From: a virus
DNA: 64,000 nucleotides
Virus record (IMG/VR): IMGVR_UViG_3300008448_000032
Span: 1-64,000 of that record
Strand: one strand, 5' to 3'
Below the pieces are notes generated by a model. It searched no databases and was not told the origin of the DNA. It saw nothing but the letters and a program-made list of their open reading frames with translations. Numbering within the stretch: the first letter of the stretch is position 1; each line of letters opens with the position of its first letter. This document shows, in pieces, positions 46,408 through 56,500 of the stretch. The position numbers and the translations under genes are program-made.

Positions 46408-47084
46408 TGTCATCTAGTAAGTCATATCTCGGGGTTATAGTAGATATAAACGACCCGTTAAAGCAGGGAAGAGCCAAAGTAAGAGTTTTTGGTATATTTG
46501 ATGATCTTGAGATTGAAGATATACCTTGGTCGGAACCAGGAACAGCTAGTGAATATTTCGGGGGAGGAAAAGGAGGGGGAGCAGTTAGTGTTCCTAGACT
46601 TGGGGCCGTAGTCTATTGTTCTTTTGAGTCTGAAAATTACTATAAGATGTATTTTGACATCATAAAAGAATTTTCTCCCGACCTCGTAGAGGAAATGAAT
46701 GAAGAAAATTCTTACGAAGGATTCCATTCATTAATATATGATTCTGAAGCACAGCCAGGAAGTTTAAAATTATTCTATAGCCGAAAAAAAGGTTTAGTTT
46801 TTGAATTAGGGGATGCCAAAGTTCAATTGGATACCCAGAACGGAGGAGAATTAAGGGTTGTAATAAAAATGGGGGAAGACGAAATAAGAATGGAGAATAA
46901 AAAGGTCATAGTAAATTCGTCAAATATAGAATTAGGAGAAGGAGCAGCTCAGTCTGTAATACTCGGAGATTTGTTTAAAGATCTTTTTAATTCGCACACA
47001 CATCCCACCCCAGTAGGCCCATCCGGAACTCCTGTACCTTTGATGACTCCAGCTCAGTTAAGTCAAGTTTCTAAAACTAAATAA
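46407..47084 (+). CDS. Baseplate central spike, gp5/gpV-like OB fold, no lysozyme domain
   Basis: YLGVIVDINDPLKQGRAKVRVFG...IPW...VPRLGAVV; C-terminal HTH metal-binding tip (SHTHPTPVGPSG). Confidence 0.85.
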   Translation: MSSSKSYLGVIVDINDPLKQGRAKVRVFGIFDDLEIEDIPWSEPGTASEYFGGGKGGGAVSVPRLGAVVYCSFESENYYKMYFDIIKEFSPDLVEEMNEENSYEGFHSLIYDSEAQPGSLKLFYSRKKGLVFELGDAKVQLDTQNGGELRVVIKMGEDEIRMENKKVIVNSSNIELGEGAAQSVILGDLFKDLFNSHTHPTPVGPSGTPVPLMTPAQLSQVSKTK

Positions 47085-47087
47085 AAT

Positions 47088-48509
47088 ATGCCAGCTAATT
47101 GGGTCAAATTTACTAGTGATTTATCTCAGTACCTATCTTCGAAAAAGGAAAAAAGCTCCAAAGAAACTGCTGATAAGATAATAGATCTATATATAGAAGC
47201 TATAGGTAATAAAGCCCAGCCACTCCCAGGAACTTCTTTTTTCAACCCAAATGATCCTAGAGTTATTTCAGGAAAGATCGCTTTAAAAGAGTCCTTTGCT
47301 AAAGCAATGGATATTATGTTAAAAGATCCAGATCAGCAAAAAATAACTTTTGAAAAGAAGAAAAAAGATAAAAACTTTTCCGATCCTGAGAAATTAGAAA
47401 AGGCTCAGAAGATACCAGATTCTCCCCCTGCTGAGCCTATAGAATTTCCACCTGTAGACGAAAAGTATTACGATGAGATTATAGCAAATTCAGGGATAAC
47501 ATTTTTTATAAAACAAAAAGATAATAAAAAATCAAACAAAATATTCGATTATAATACTAAGGTTGATTTGACAGCTTACAATGGATATGGTATACCCCTG
47601 TCTATTTTCGGAAATGATCTGGAAGAGATAAAATCTACCTTAAATACTTATGGCAAACTTCCGGGTCTTCTTAAACTTATTTCTTATAATAATCCGGGAT
47701 TTGATCTTTTGCCAGACATAAATAAAAAGGGGATTAATACTACTCACGGGGAACTTATAAAATATTTTATAGATCTTTATTCTAAAGGAGGATCATATAG
47801 GATAATAGGGGACCAATACAGGAGTTCAACCGGATACGGGGAAGAAAATCTAACCCCGCAGATAGAAAAAGAGTTATCCGTTTTGGTAAATTTATATTCC
47901 GGGGAATTAGAAAAATGGTTTAAAGTTGCAGCTCCTTATATAGAAAAGACTGCGACGGATAAAGCTATAGAAGAGACTAAAAAAGAAGAAGAAATACAGG
48001 AAGGAGAAAAAGTAGAGGGATCTGAAACTGTTTTAAATAAAACAGTAGAAGAAATATCATCTTTCCTTTCCATAAGTCCAGAAAAAGATCCTTATATGAT
48101 TATGGCAAATTCTTTGGTTTTGTTTTGGACTGTTATAGGAATCTCATCTCCTACTATATTTTTAGGACCATCTGGGGTTCCTCCTTCAGTTTTACCGGTC
48201 CCGGGATTATACCAAATAATATTTCCAGGTATCCCTTTTATTCTAGGAAAATCACTGAAGATAGCTTTTAACGTAGGGTCAAATTCTAAATTTATCCCCG
48301 ACATTCCATTTGAACAATTTCAAAAAAGTCCTGAATTGGCTAATAAAAAGATAGAAGAAATTGGAAAACTTTCATCTAAAGCGACTGCTTCGGCGATAGC
48401 ATCAGTTTTTGCTTCTCACCTTTTAACGATTAAATTTCTATATTTTGGATCGATACCTGCGGTTCCTAGTCCTATACCTTCTACTTCTTTTGTTTATGCC
48501 ATTTATTAA
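47088..48509 (+). CDS. Hypothetical baseplate-region protein
   Basis: 473-aa ORF following the spike gene. Confidence 0.5.
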   Translation: MPANWVKFTSDLSQYLSSKKEKSSKETADKIIDLYIEAIGNKAQPLPGTSFFNPNDPRVISGKIALKESFAKAMDIMLKDPDQQKITFEKKKKDKNFSDPEKLEKAQKIPDSPPAEPIEFPPVDEKYYDEIIANSGITFFIKQKDNKKSNKIFDYNTKVDLTAYNGYGIPLSIFGNDLEEIKSTLNTYGKLPGLLKLISYNNPGFDLLPDINKKGINTTHGELIKYFIDLYSKGGSYRIIGDQYRSSTGYGEENLTPQIEKELSVLVNLYSGELEKWFKVAAPYIEKTATDKAIEETKKEEEIQEGEKVEGSETVLNKTVEEISSFLSISPEKDPYMIMANSLVLFWTVIGISSPTIFLGPSGVPPSVLPVPGLYQIIFPGIPFILGKSLKIAFNVGSNSKFIPDIPFEQFQKSPELANKKIEEIGKLSSKATASAIASVFASHLLTIKFLYFGSIPAVPSPIPSTSFVYAIY

Positions 48510-48532
48510 TTTTAAATAGGATATATAGATAA

Positions 48533-49936
48533 ATGACCGAAAGAAATCACATAGATAAACTTAATGCACTCTCCTCTTCCGTTATAGGATTTGAGTTTGA
48601 ATTCTATACAAATATGCTTAAGGGTGAAGCTGCTGAATCTATAGGAAAAGAGGTTAAAAAGAAAGTTCAGGTATCTGAAAAATACCACTCGGACTTAAAA
48701 GTAACTTCTTCTCTTTTTAAATTAGAACCCGACTATTCAGGGGGAAATAAAATGGTCGAACTCATAACTGGTCCTATGGAATATTCTGAAGCTATTCCGG
48801 TAATGATAAAGATCCTTAATTGGATTGAAAAAAATGGTTGGACCGATGACAGATGCGCTTTCCAATTTTCGGTTAGCTTTGATAAATTTAGAAGAGAAAT
48901 AAAAGACAGAATAGAAAATTTAGATAAACTTAAATTTATATTGGGTCTGGACGAAAATTTCATTTATTCTAAATTTGGAAATAGATCTAATAATGTTTAT
49001 GCAAATACCGTAAAGAGAGTAGTTCCTGTCAATAGATTTTCTATATTGGAAAATATAAATTACATAGATCCTAAAATGTTCAAAGTCCCAGACGAGAAAT
49101 ATTATGGGGTCAACTTCACCAAATTAAAGGACGGGTATCTGGAATTTAGATATTTGGGGAATAGAGATTATCAGAAGAAAATAAGAGAGATAAGAGAAGT
49201 TATCGATTATGTTATTTTATATCTTTATGATATTTTAAGTCATCGTTCAAATGGATACACTAAAGAAGATTTAGCTAAGCTGAGGGAAATGATGAAGGAG
49301 TACAGCAAAGTCGTAAAATGCTATAGTAATCCTGAATTATTTTTTATGCACTACCCAGATTTTCACGTATTTGTAGATCTTAAAGGACTTGACGAAAATA
49401 TAAAAACCTATTTTCCGATGATTAAAGATAAAATATTCGATCTTTTGGTAGACGGAAATATAAAATCTTGCTATTTCAACTATGATACTACAAACGGAAG
49501 GTATCAGATAAAAGAAGCTAGGATAAGAGATTTTATGAAAATAAAAGATATTGATTTGATATCCTGCGATATTAAAGGCGGTGTTTTAGAAAATTGTAAT
49601 TTGTATACCTGCGACATAAAAAAATCAAGAATAGAAAATTGCAATGTTGCAAATGGGTGTAAAATAGGATCCTCTAAAGTTAGTCAGAGCGTAATAGAAT
49701 TTTCTAATGAATTAACAAATTGTTTTGTTGATTGCAAAGGGAAAAATGTTAACTGTAAAATGGTCGGGGGAGTTCTTAGGGATGGTAATATTGGGGAGTA
49801 TGCAGAAATAAGTAAAGACACCATAAAGGTCAAAGGGTTTAATGACCTTAGAAATCAAAGATTTGTTACCGACAGTAGGTTAAAAGATCTAAATTTCGAT
49901 TATAAGAAACCCAAATTTGGAAACCTAAACTATTAA
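48533..49936 (+). CDS. Amidoligase (COOH-NH2 ligase)-like protein with C-terminal beta-helix
   Basis: IGFEFEF, LEPDYS, VELIT, KYYGVNF, LEFR; C-terminal short I/C-rich repeats; GATATATA at 48520. Confidence 0.6.
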   Translation: MTERNHIDKLNALSSSVIGFEFEFYTNMLKGEAAESIGKEVKKKVQVSEKYHSDLKVTSSLFKLEPDYSGGNKMVELITGPMEYSEAIPVMIKILNWIEKNGWTDDRCAFQFSVSFDKFRREIKDRIENLDKLKFILGLDENFIYSKFGNRSNNVYANTVKRVVPVNRFSILENINYIDPKMFKVPDEKYYGVNFTKLKDGYLEFRYLGNRDYQKKIREIREVIDYVILYLYDILSHRSNGYTKEDLAKLREMMKEYSKVVKCYSNPELFFMHYPDFHVFVDLKGLDENIKTYFPMIKDKIFDLLVDGNIKSCYFNYDTTNGRYQIKEARIRDFMKIKDIDLISCDIKGGVLENCNLYTCDIKKSRIENCNVANGCKIGSSKVSQSVIEFSNELTNCFVDCKGKNVNCKMVGGVLRDGNIGEYAEISKDTIKVKGFNDLRNQRFVTDSRLKDLNFDYKKPKFGNLNY

Positions 49937-49939
49937 AAA

Positions 49940-50734
49940 ATGACTCTAGATGAATTAGTACAAGAAATAGAGGATGCTATATCTTTTAGCTGCTCTCTTC
50001 CATATAACCTAAATAGACAGGAAACTGAAAGAATTATAAAAAGAGCTAGAGCATGGTTTTATGATAACTATCAATATGCGGCGGAAGAAAGGATAATGGT
50101 TCTCGGTAACAATCTATTCAATCATGAAGAATTTAGAAAAACCAGACAGATCAAACTTCCTGATTCTATAGTAACTGTATATGACGTTAGAGAGGTCGGG
50201 GGAGCTGGTATTTCTGGAAACCCGGATAGAGATTTTAGCGATTCTAAATTACTAGGATCAGAATTACTCCTTTCCCCTTTTATCGGGGATAACCTAGTTT
50301 ATAGAACAGTTATGTATTCTTATTTCGATTTAGCTAAAGCATATCTATTACCTACTTATGCTTTTAAATGGAATAAGAACACTAAATTTTTAACTATATT
50401 GGGTAGAGATCCGGGGAGAAGCGGAAAAGGAGGAGGATCCCAACAAGCTCAATTGGCTCAAGGATTTGGTTCTGGCGGTAGCGACGTTGCCGTTAGATGC
50501 TTTGTTGCTATAAATGACGAATATTTATATGATGACGAATTGTTTGTTAGATATTGTATAGGAAAATGTAAAATAGCTTTAGGAACTATGCTTGGTGTAT
50601 TTTCTTATACTCTTCCTGGGGGAGTACAGGTTAACTCCGGAGACATAAAAGCAAACGGGGAAGCGGAGGTTCAAGAAGTGATGGAGATGATAAATGGGGA
50701 GAACACGGCTTCTTATTTTCTTCAATGGTCTTAA
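49940..50734 (+). CDS. Neck protein, T4 gp13-like
   Basis: IIKRARAWFYDNY; FKWNKNTKFLTI; YTLPGGVQVN signature. Confidence 0.75.
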   Translation: MTLDELVQEIEDAISFSCSLPYNLNRQETERIIKRARAWFYDNYQYAAEERIMVLGNNLFNHEEFRKTRQIKLPDSIVTVYDVREVGGAGISGNPDRDFSDSKLLGSELLLSPFIGDNLVYRTVMYSYFDLAKAYLLPTYAFKWNKNTKFLTILGRDPGRSGKGGGSQQAQLAQGFGSGGSDVAVRCFVAINDEYLYDDELFVRYCIGKCKIALGTMLGVFSYTLPGGVQVNSGDIKANGEAEVQEVMEMINGENTASYFLQWS

Positions 50735-50786
50735 TTCATATTATTTTTTAGATTTTTTTTCTCGGATATATAAAAAAATAAATTAT

Positions 50787-51161
50787 ATGCTGAGAGAAAT
50801 TTATAATAGAGATCCCGAAGATCCAAATTATAAAGAGGATCAAATCGAAGTTACGGATCCTTTAGAAGCTTGTCTTGGAAAAATAAAAATGCTCCTATTT
50901 ACTAAAAAAGGAGAAGTTTTAGGAGATTCTAGTTTTGGATTAGACTTAGAAGGTATGGTGTATGAATTAGAACTATCCGAAGAAGCTATAAAAAAAGAAA
51001 TACAGGACAGTATAAGAGCTTATATTCCTGAATTTTACAGTTTGGGAGGAACTTATAAATTAAATTTTTATTTAGGTACTAATAGAGATATAGCAACCCT
51101 AGATTTTAAATTTAATTCAAATTCCGGATTAAGCCCAATAGTTACATTGTTAATAACTTAA
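50787..51161 (+). CDS. Baseplate wedge/sheath-initiator gp25-like protein
   Basis: IKMLLFTKKGEVLGDSSFGLDL...IRAYIP; ATG 50787 after GATATATA at 50765. Confidence 0.75.
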   Translation: MLREIYNRDPEDPNYKEDQIEVTDPLEACLGKIKMLLFTKKGEVLGDSSFGLDLEGMVYELELSEEAIKKEIQDSIRAYIPEFYSLGGTYKLNFYLGTNRDIATLDFKFNSNSGLSPIVTLLIT

Positions 51162-51164
51162 AGA

Positions 51165-52976
51165 ATGAATATTTATAAAAAGAATAATATAGTTATAGGG
51201 GGATTACTTTCTAGCACCTATAATTTTATATCCAGAACTTACTCGCAAAGTAAAAATTTATTTACAGTGGCTTCTGCATGGGGACAAATATTATTTGTTT
51301 TCCAGAACATATCTCAACTTATACTTTACTTTATAGAGGATTCAATTACTGAATTGAATATAGAACAAGCAACCAGAGAGTATTCGATAAGAAGTCTTGC
51401 AAGGATATCAGGATACGATCCCAGAAGGTCAGGAACTGCTCAGGGAGAAGTCATAGTTTCGTGGAATTCTTCTAATACACAAGCACAGGGCGGATCTATT
51501 ATAATACCAAGGAATACCCAAATAAGAAATCAACAAAATGGACAGATATACACTTTAATACTTCCTTCAGATAGAGTAACTGTTCCTCTCTCTTCCCAAT
51601 TTACCCCGTTGACGGTAAAAGTTGTCCAGGGATCTTTTACCTCTTCTAATTTCACTTCAAACGGAAATGTGTTATTTAGTTTTAATGTTCCTTCCCTAAA
51701 TGGATTTGCTATAGATCAATTTTATATTGATGTTTATGTCAACGAAGAGAAATGGAGGAGATATGATTCTCTTTATGATATACCATTAAACGCAAAAGGA
51801 TTTATAGTTAAAAGCGGAATATCTAGCGGGATAGATGTTTATTTTGGTAACTCTTTCTTCGGACAAATACCCCAAGCTGGATCTAGAATTAGAGTAGAAT
51901 ATCTAAGTAGCATAGGAAGAAAAGGTAATTTAAATTCTACCCAAAATAATCCCCTTACCTGGAAATTTTTAACCAGCGGAACAGATTTATATGGAGCTTC
52001 TTTAGACCTAAATCAATATCTGAATATAGCAAACTCGATAGATCCAGATTTTGGAACGGATCCAGATGCTAGTTCTCTAATACGAATAGTAGCTCCAAAG
52101 ACCAGTAGATCTTTTGTTTTTGCAAATGCAGATAGCTATGAAATATTCTTAAATAAATTAGGGATATTTTCTCAGATACAAGCATATTCTACTTTCGATG
52201 ATGATTATTTGGATGACGATAATGTTATTTACATATACCTAATACCTGATGTAACTTTAAATATTTCTACGGATCAAGATTATTTTAGTATACCCGAACA
52301 AAATTTTATATTAACCGAAAATCAAAAAAATAAAATTATAAATCTAATAGAAGATTCCGGTTCTATGATAGCTACTACAGTAGTTAAGATAACTTCTCCC
52401 GTCATAAAAAGATTTGTCCTTAATATAAGTATATCCATATTCCAGGGATTCGATCCCAATACGATAAGACAACAGATAAGAACTAAAATATCTGATTATA
52501 TGTTAAACCTGAAAAGGAGGGACAAAATACCGAAATCTGATATCATAGCAATCGTGGAATCTATTTCGGGGATCGATTCTGTTAATGCAGAATTTATATC
52601 CCAAGACGATCAGGATAAAATAAATTCCATCTCAGCAAATACCCAGCTAAATCCTGTTGCAACTTCAGGATTAATTTCTTCAAATTTCCAAGCTCCCCAA
52701 ACCCCTTTAGGAACCCCGATTAATATTCCAGAAAATATAATATCTGCTAATTTTCAATCTTCCTCTATCGATGTTTTCGGGGACATCATAATAGGAAGAA
52801 ATCAATTGGTTTTGCTTAGAGGCGGGTGGGAAGATTCTAATGGAAATAGATATGAATCTAGCCCAATCCGAGGAAAATTAGGTCCTCTTAATATAATTAT
52901 ATTAGGAAAACCAGTTCCTAATAATTTCAATACTCAATTAAATAAAACAACAAGACAATCGATTGTCAATGGATAA
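51165..52976 (+). CDS. Baseplate wedge gp6/J-like protein
   Basis: QATREYSIRSLARISGYDP, VYFGN..FGQIP..GSRIRVEYL...G..GN, RSFVFANADSY. Confidence 0.8.
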   Translation: MNIYKKNNIVIGGLLSSTYNFISRTYSQSKNLFTVASAWGQILFVFQNISQLILYFIEDSITELNIEQATREYSIRSLARISGYDPRRSGTAQGEVIVSWNSSNTQAQGGSIIIPRNTQIRNQQNGQIYTLILPSDRVTVPLSSQFTPLTVKVVQGSFTSSNFTSNGNVLFSFNVPSLNGFAIDQFYIDVYVNEEKWRRYDSLYDIPLNAKGFIVKSGISSGIDVYFGNSFFGQIPQAGSRIRVEYLSSIGRKGNLNSTQNNPLTWKFLTSGTDLYGASLDLNQYLNIANSIDPDFGTDPDASSLIRIVAPKTSRSFVFANADSYEIFLNKLGIFSQIQAYSTFDDDYLDDDNVIYIYLIPDVTLNISTDQDYFSIPEQNFILTENQKNKIINLIEDSGSMIATTVVKITSPVIKRFVLNISISIFQGFDPNTIRQQIRTKISDYMLNLKRRDKIPKSDIIAIVESISGIDSVNAEFISQDDQDKINSISANTQLNPVATSGLISSNFQAPQTPLGTPINIPENIISANFQSSSIDVFGDIIIGRNQLVLLRGGWEDSNGNRYESSPIRGKLGPLNIIILGKPVPNNFNTQLNKTTRQSIVNG

Positions 52977-53517
52977 TAAAGATCAAAACCAAAAATTTTC
53001 TCCATTTTTTCCGGGAGATGAATTAAAGATAAGTTATTCTGTTAATGGGGTAAAATATAGAACCAATAACACTACTTTCTATAACGATAAAGATCAATAC
53101 AAAACCAAAGAAGAGGCTGAAGATAGATCTATAAATATAGGATGCTCTGGATATAGAAGCTCAATAATAAATTCTACCGGAGATGTAAAATTTTATCCTT
53201 GCTCGACTTCTTCTGAGTATTCCGAAATAATGAGGGAAATGTCAACTACAGAATTAGAAAGATCCTATTATGATTTCGATCAGAGAAATAATATATTCGA
53301 TGTAATGTATAGTGTTAATGATAATGCTTATTCTGGTTTTGACTACAAAGGAAAAATTCTAAATAATACCTTATCTAAAATTTTATTTAAAGATCCGACA
53401 AAAGCTAATATATTATCATATTTCGAAAAAGGATTTTTTGCTTTAGTTGAAACAACTAAACAAATAAAAAATTATTTTAACTACACAGTACCTAAAAACA
53501 ATAGGAGGGTTTTTTAA
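52969..53517 (+). CDS. Hypothetical baseplate-region protein
   Basis: ORF coupled to the gp6-like gene. Confidence 0.5.
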   Translation: MDNKDQNQKFSPFFPGDELKISYSVNGVKYRTNNTTFYNDKDQYKTKEEAEDRSINIGCSGYRSSIINSTGDVKFYPCSTSSEYSEIMREMSTTELERSYYDFDQRNNIFDVMYSVNDNAYSGFDYKGKILNNTLSKILFKDPTKANILSYFEKGFFALVETTKQIKNYFNYTVPKNNRRVF

Positions 53518-53518
53518 T

Positions 53519-56500
53519 ATGGCAGATTTAAATCTTAAATTTTTTAATAAAAGAGGAAACCCGTTAAATTTTGAATACATTGGTCCTACTGGCCCTAGTC
53601 CTTTGGATAACGTGTTTAGGTATAAAACCAACGCGGTCTCTTCCTCAAATGGAGATGTTATTTTTCAGCAATCTGGACCAAATTACACATTTCAGTTCAA
53701 TTACGACGATGTTAATTTTTTCAATATAAAAGAATGGGCTTCTGAAGTAGATTATTCTATACAAAGAGGAGCAGAAGTTTTTCTTGAAGGAAAAGTTCTA
53801 TCGGGAAATAAATTTAAAGGTAAAATTTATTCTTGTGTGGATAATGGTACCTTTATTTTAATAACTATACCTGTTAATTCTTTAACTGGACAAAATATAA
53901 TAAGCGGGGGAAGCACTATAGCTTTCAATACGACCTACAAAAATAGACCAGGAGGATATTTTTTCGGAAATATGTATTTCGACCAGGTCTCTGCTGGACT
54001 ATACGAGAACGAACAAATATTTATAACCCAACAAGTAATAGGACCTTCCGGGGGAAAGGAATATAGCTACCCTAGAACTCTTGCAACGGGATCAACCTCG
54101 GGAAAATGGAGAACGAGGTGGTCAAATAATAACTATGGAAATATAGACGTAACCGAAATTATATTTACGTATAAGATATTAGATTCTCTCCCTGAGGGAG
54201 AAGGCCATCCTCTCATAGTATCTTACCCTAACCTAGCTTATACCGATGTGATAGTTTCACCTTCGGATTATTATTCCAATGGAAATTTAATTTCTCCTAC
54301 CTTTAATTCTTCCGAATCTAAATCGCTTTCCGTAAATGTTGGATTAAATGGGCCTGAAGAATCTGAAGAGGTATACGAGAGAAAACTAATACTAGAGGAT
54401 ATAAGTTCTGGGGCAACAGGAGAAAATGTAAAGAAGATATTAGAAGTTAATTTTTATGGTCAAATAATAGCAGAAGATGAAAGGCTAAAAGTTTTAACAA
54501 ATAATTTGGGAAGATCTTTTGACCCTGTAGATTCTATAATTCTAAGAAATCATGACCCTAAGGAGCCTTTGCCCAATTACGAAGAAATAAACGAAAAGAG
54601 AAAAGAACTTCTTTTAGCAGGGGAAGATATATTTCCATATATAGGAAGTTATAAAGGTCTAATAAATGCTCTGAAATTTTTCGGATACCAAGACTTAAGA
54701 ATAAAAGAATACTGGCTAAATTTAGATTATACCTCGGTAGAAAACATAACTCCTCCTATAGTTCAAAATCAACAAGCCATAAATCAAATAAGATCCCAGG
54801 TATTACAGTCTGGGAGTCAGTCATATCAGATAAAAGATGTTCTCTCCAATCCAAATAGTGGGAAATATAGATTAGAACAGACGTATGGTCCAGATTCGGA
54901 GGGGAATTATGTATTGGATGTATCGTCCCAATACACATTATTTCCTACCGATGTTTATAAGAAAACCTCTTTATTCGGTTTGTATTATGATATAAACAAG
55001 GTAACATCAGAAACTGATGAGTATGGATATCCCGTAGTGGTTGACGCTTTTGCTTTTACACAAGAAGAAGTTTTGATAAAATTATTTGGTCTTAAAAAAA
55101 AGTTAAAAGAAGAATATTTACCTTTAAATGCCAGAATAATTGATATAACCGGAGAAGGAGTTTATTTTACTGTTTATAATACAAGAGCTTGGACGGATGT
55201 CAATTCGGATTTTGTTATTAGCTCCGGAAAGATTTTTGATTTTTATATAAACCCTGATGTTTCTTACATAGGGGATATTAGAAATTTTAATATAAGACCT
55301 CTAGATCTTTCCATACAAACTCCTAGCATTTATGGCGATTCCTATGACATAGGTGTAAATGTTTTGGGAGGAACCGGAAGCGCTCTTTATTTCTCCGGAT
55401 TTCCGGATTTAGGAATAACCGGTCCTTCTGGGCCAAATCCTATTCTAAATGTAGTTTCAGGAAAATCTTATACATTTAGCCTTTCTACGGAGGGATTTAC
55501 TTTTTACATAACCGAATCCCCTTCTTTTTCTCAACAAGACCCTTTGGGGATAATTGGGAACGGAGCAACCTCAGGGTCAGAAAGCATTGTGTGGAATGTA
55601 TCCCCTAATCAATCAGGACCAGTATATTATTACTGCCCAGAAAATTACTCTATAAACGGAACTATTAATGTTAATCCTCCCCAGCTATCCGATTTAGGCA
55701 ACACGATAAATCCTTTAGATTTTCAGCAGAACTACACGGCAGAACAAAATAGAAATTTGATAAAATCTATAAATGAATACTATCAGTTACAACAGGAGGG
55801 AAAAATAGAGTTTTTAGGGGATGGAAAATACGATCCCCCTTCTTATACTGATCCCTCTACAAATGAACAATATCGAAGACCCATAGGATCTCCTATAGTT
55901 TTAGAATTGGGACTCGATAGATGGTCTTGGGACGAAATGAATGTTACCTGGAGATCTGTAAATGTTCCTACTTTTAAGGTGGGAGATTTTGTCCAGATAA
56001 AATCTCTTCAAGCTTCTTTAACTCCAGGAATTAGCGGGGGATCTATATCTTCAGTAACTATAAATAGTCCGGGGCTTGGATATTCTTCTACCCCTCTTAT
56101 AACGGTAACAGGTGGAGGAGGTATAGGAGCTTCTCTAGTTCCTGTCATAACCGGGACTAAAATAACTTCTATAAGTATACTTTCGGGAGGGTCCGGGTAT
56201 ACTTCTCCCCCAACTTTGAATATTTCTTTTTTACCGTCCGGAGATTCCGGGTATGTAGTTTCTACCAATTATTCTTTGGGAACCTATGACGTACAGCTTA
56301 CTTCCAATTCTATGGTTTATACTTTCGAAGATATAGATCTTATCTCTTCGAATCAGGTATATTCTTCCATGACTTGGGACAATATAGATTTTTCCAATCT
56401 CGTAGAGATAGAATGGATAATAAATAAGGATTCTACACAAGAAGGATCCCCTTATAATTTTGAATTTAGAGGGCCTATAGTCGATTTTTATAGTCTTGCC

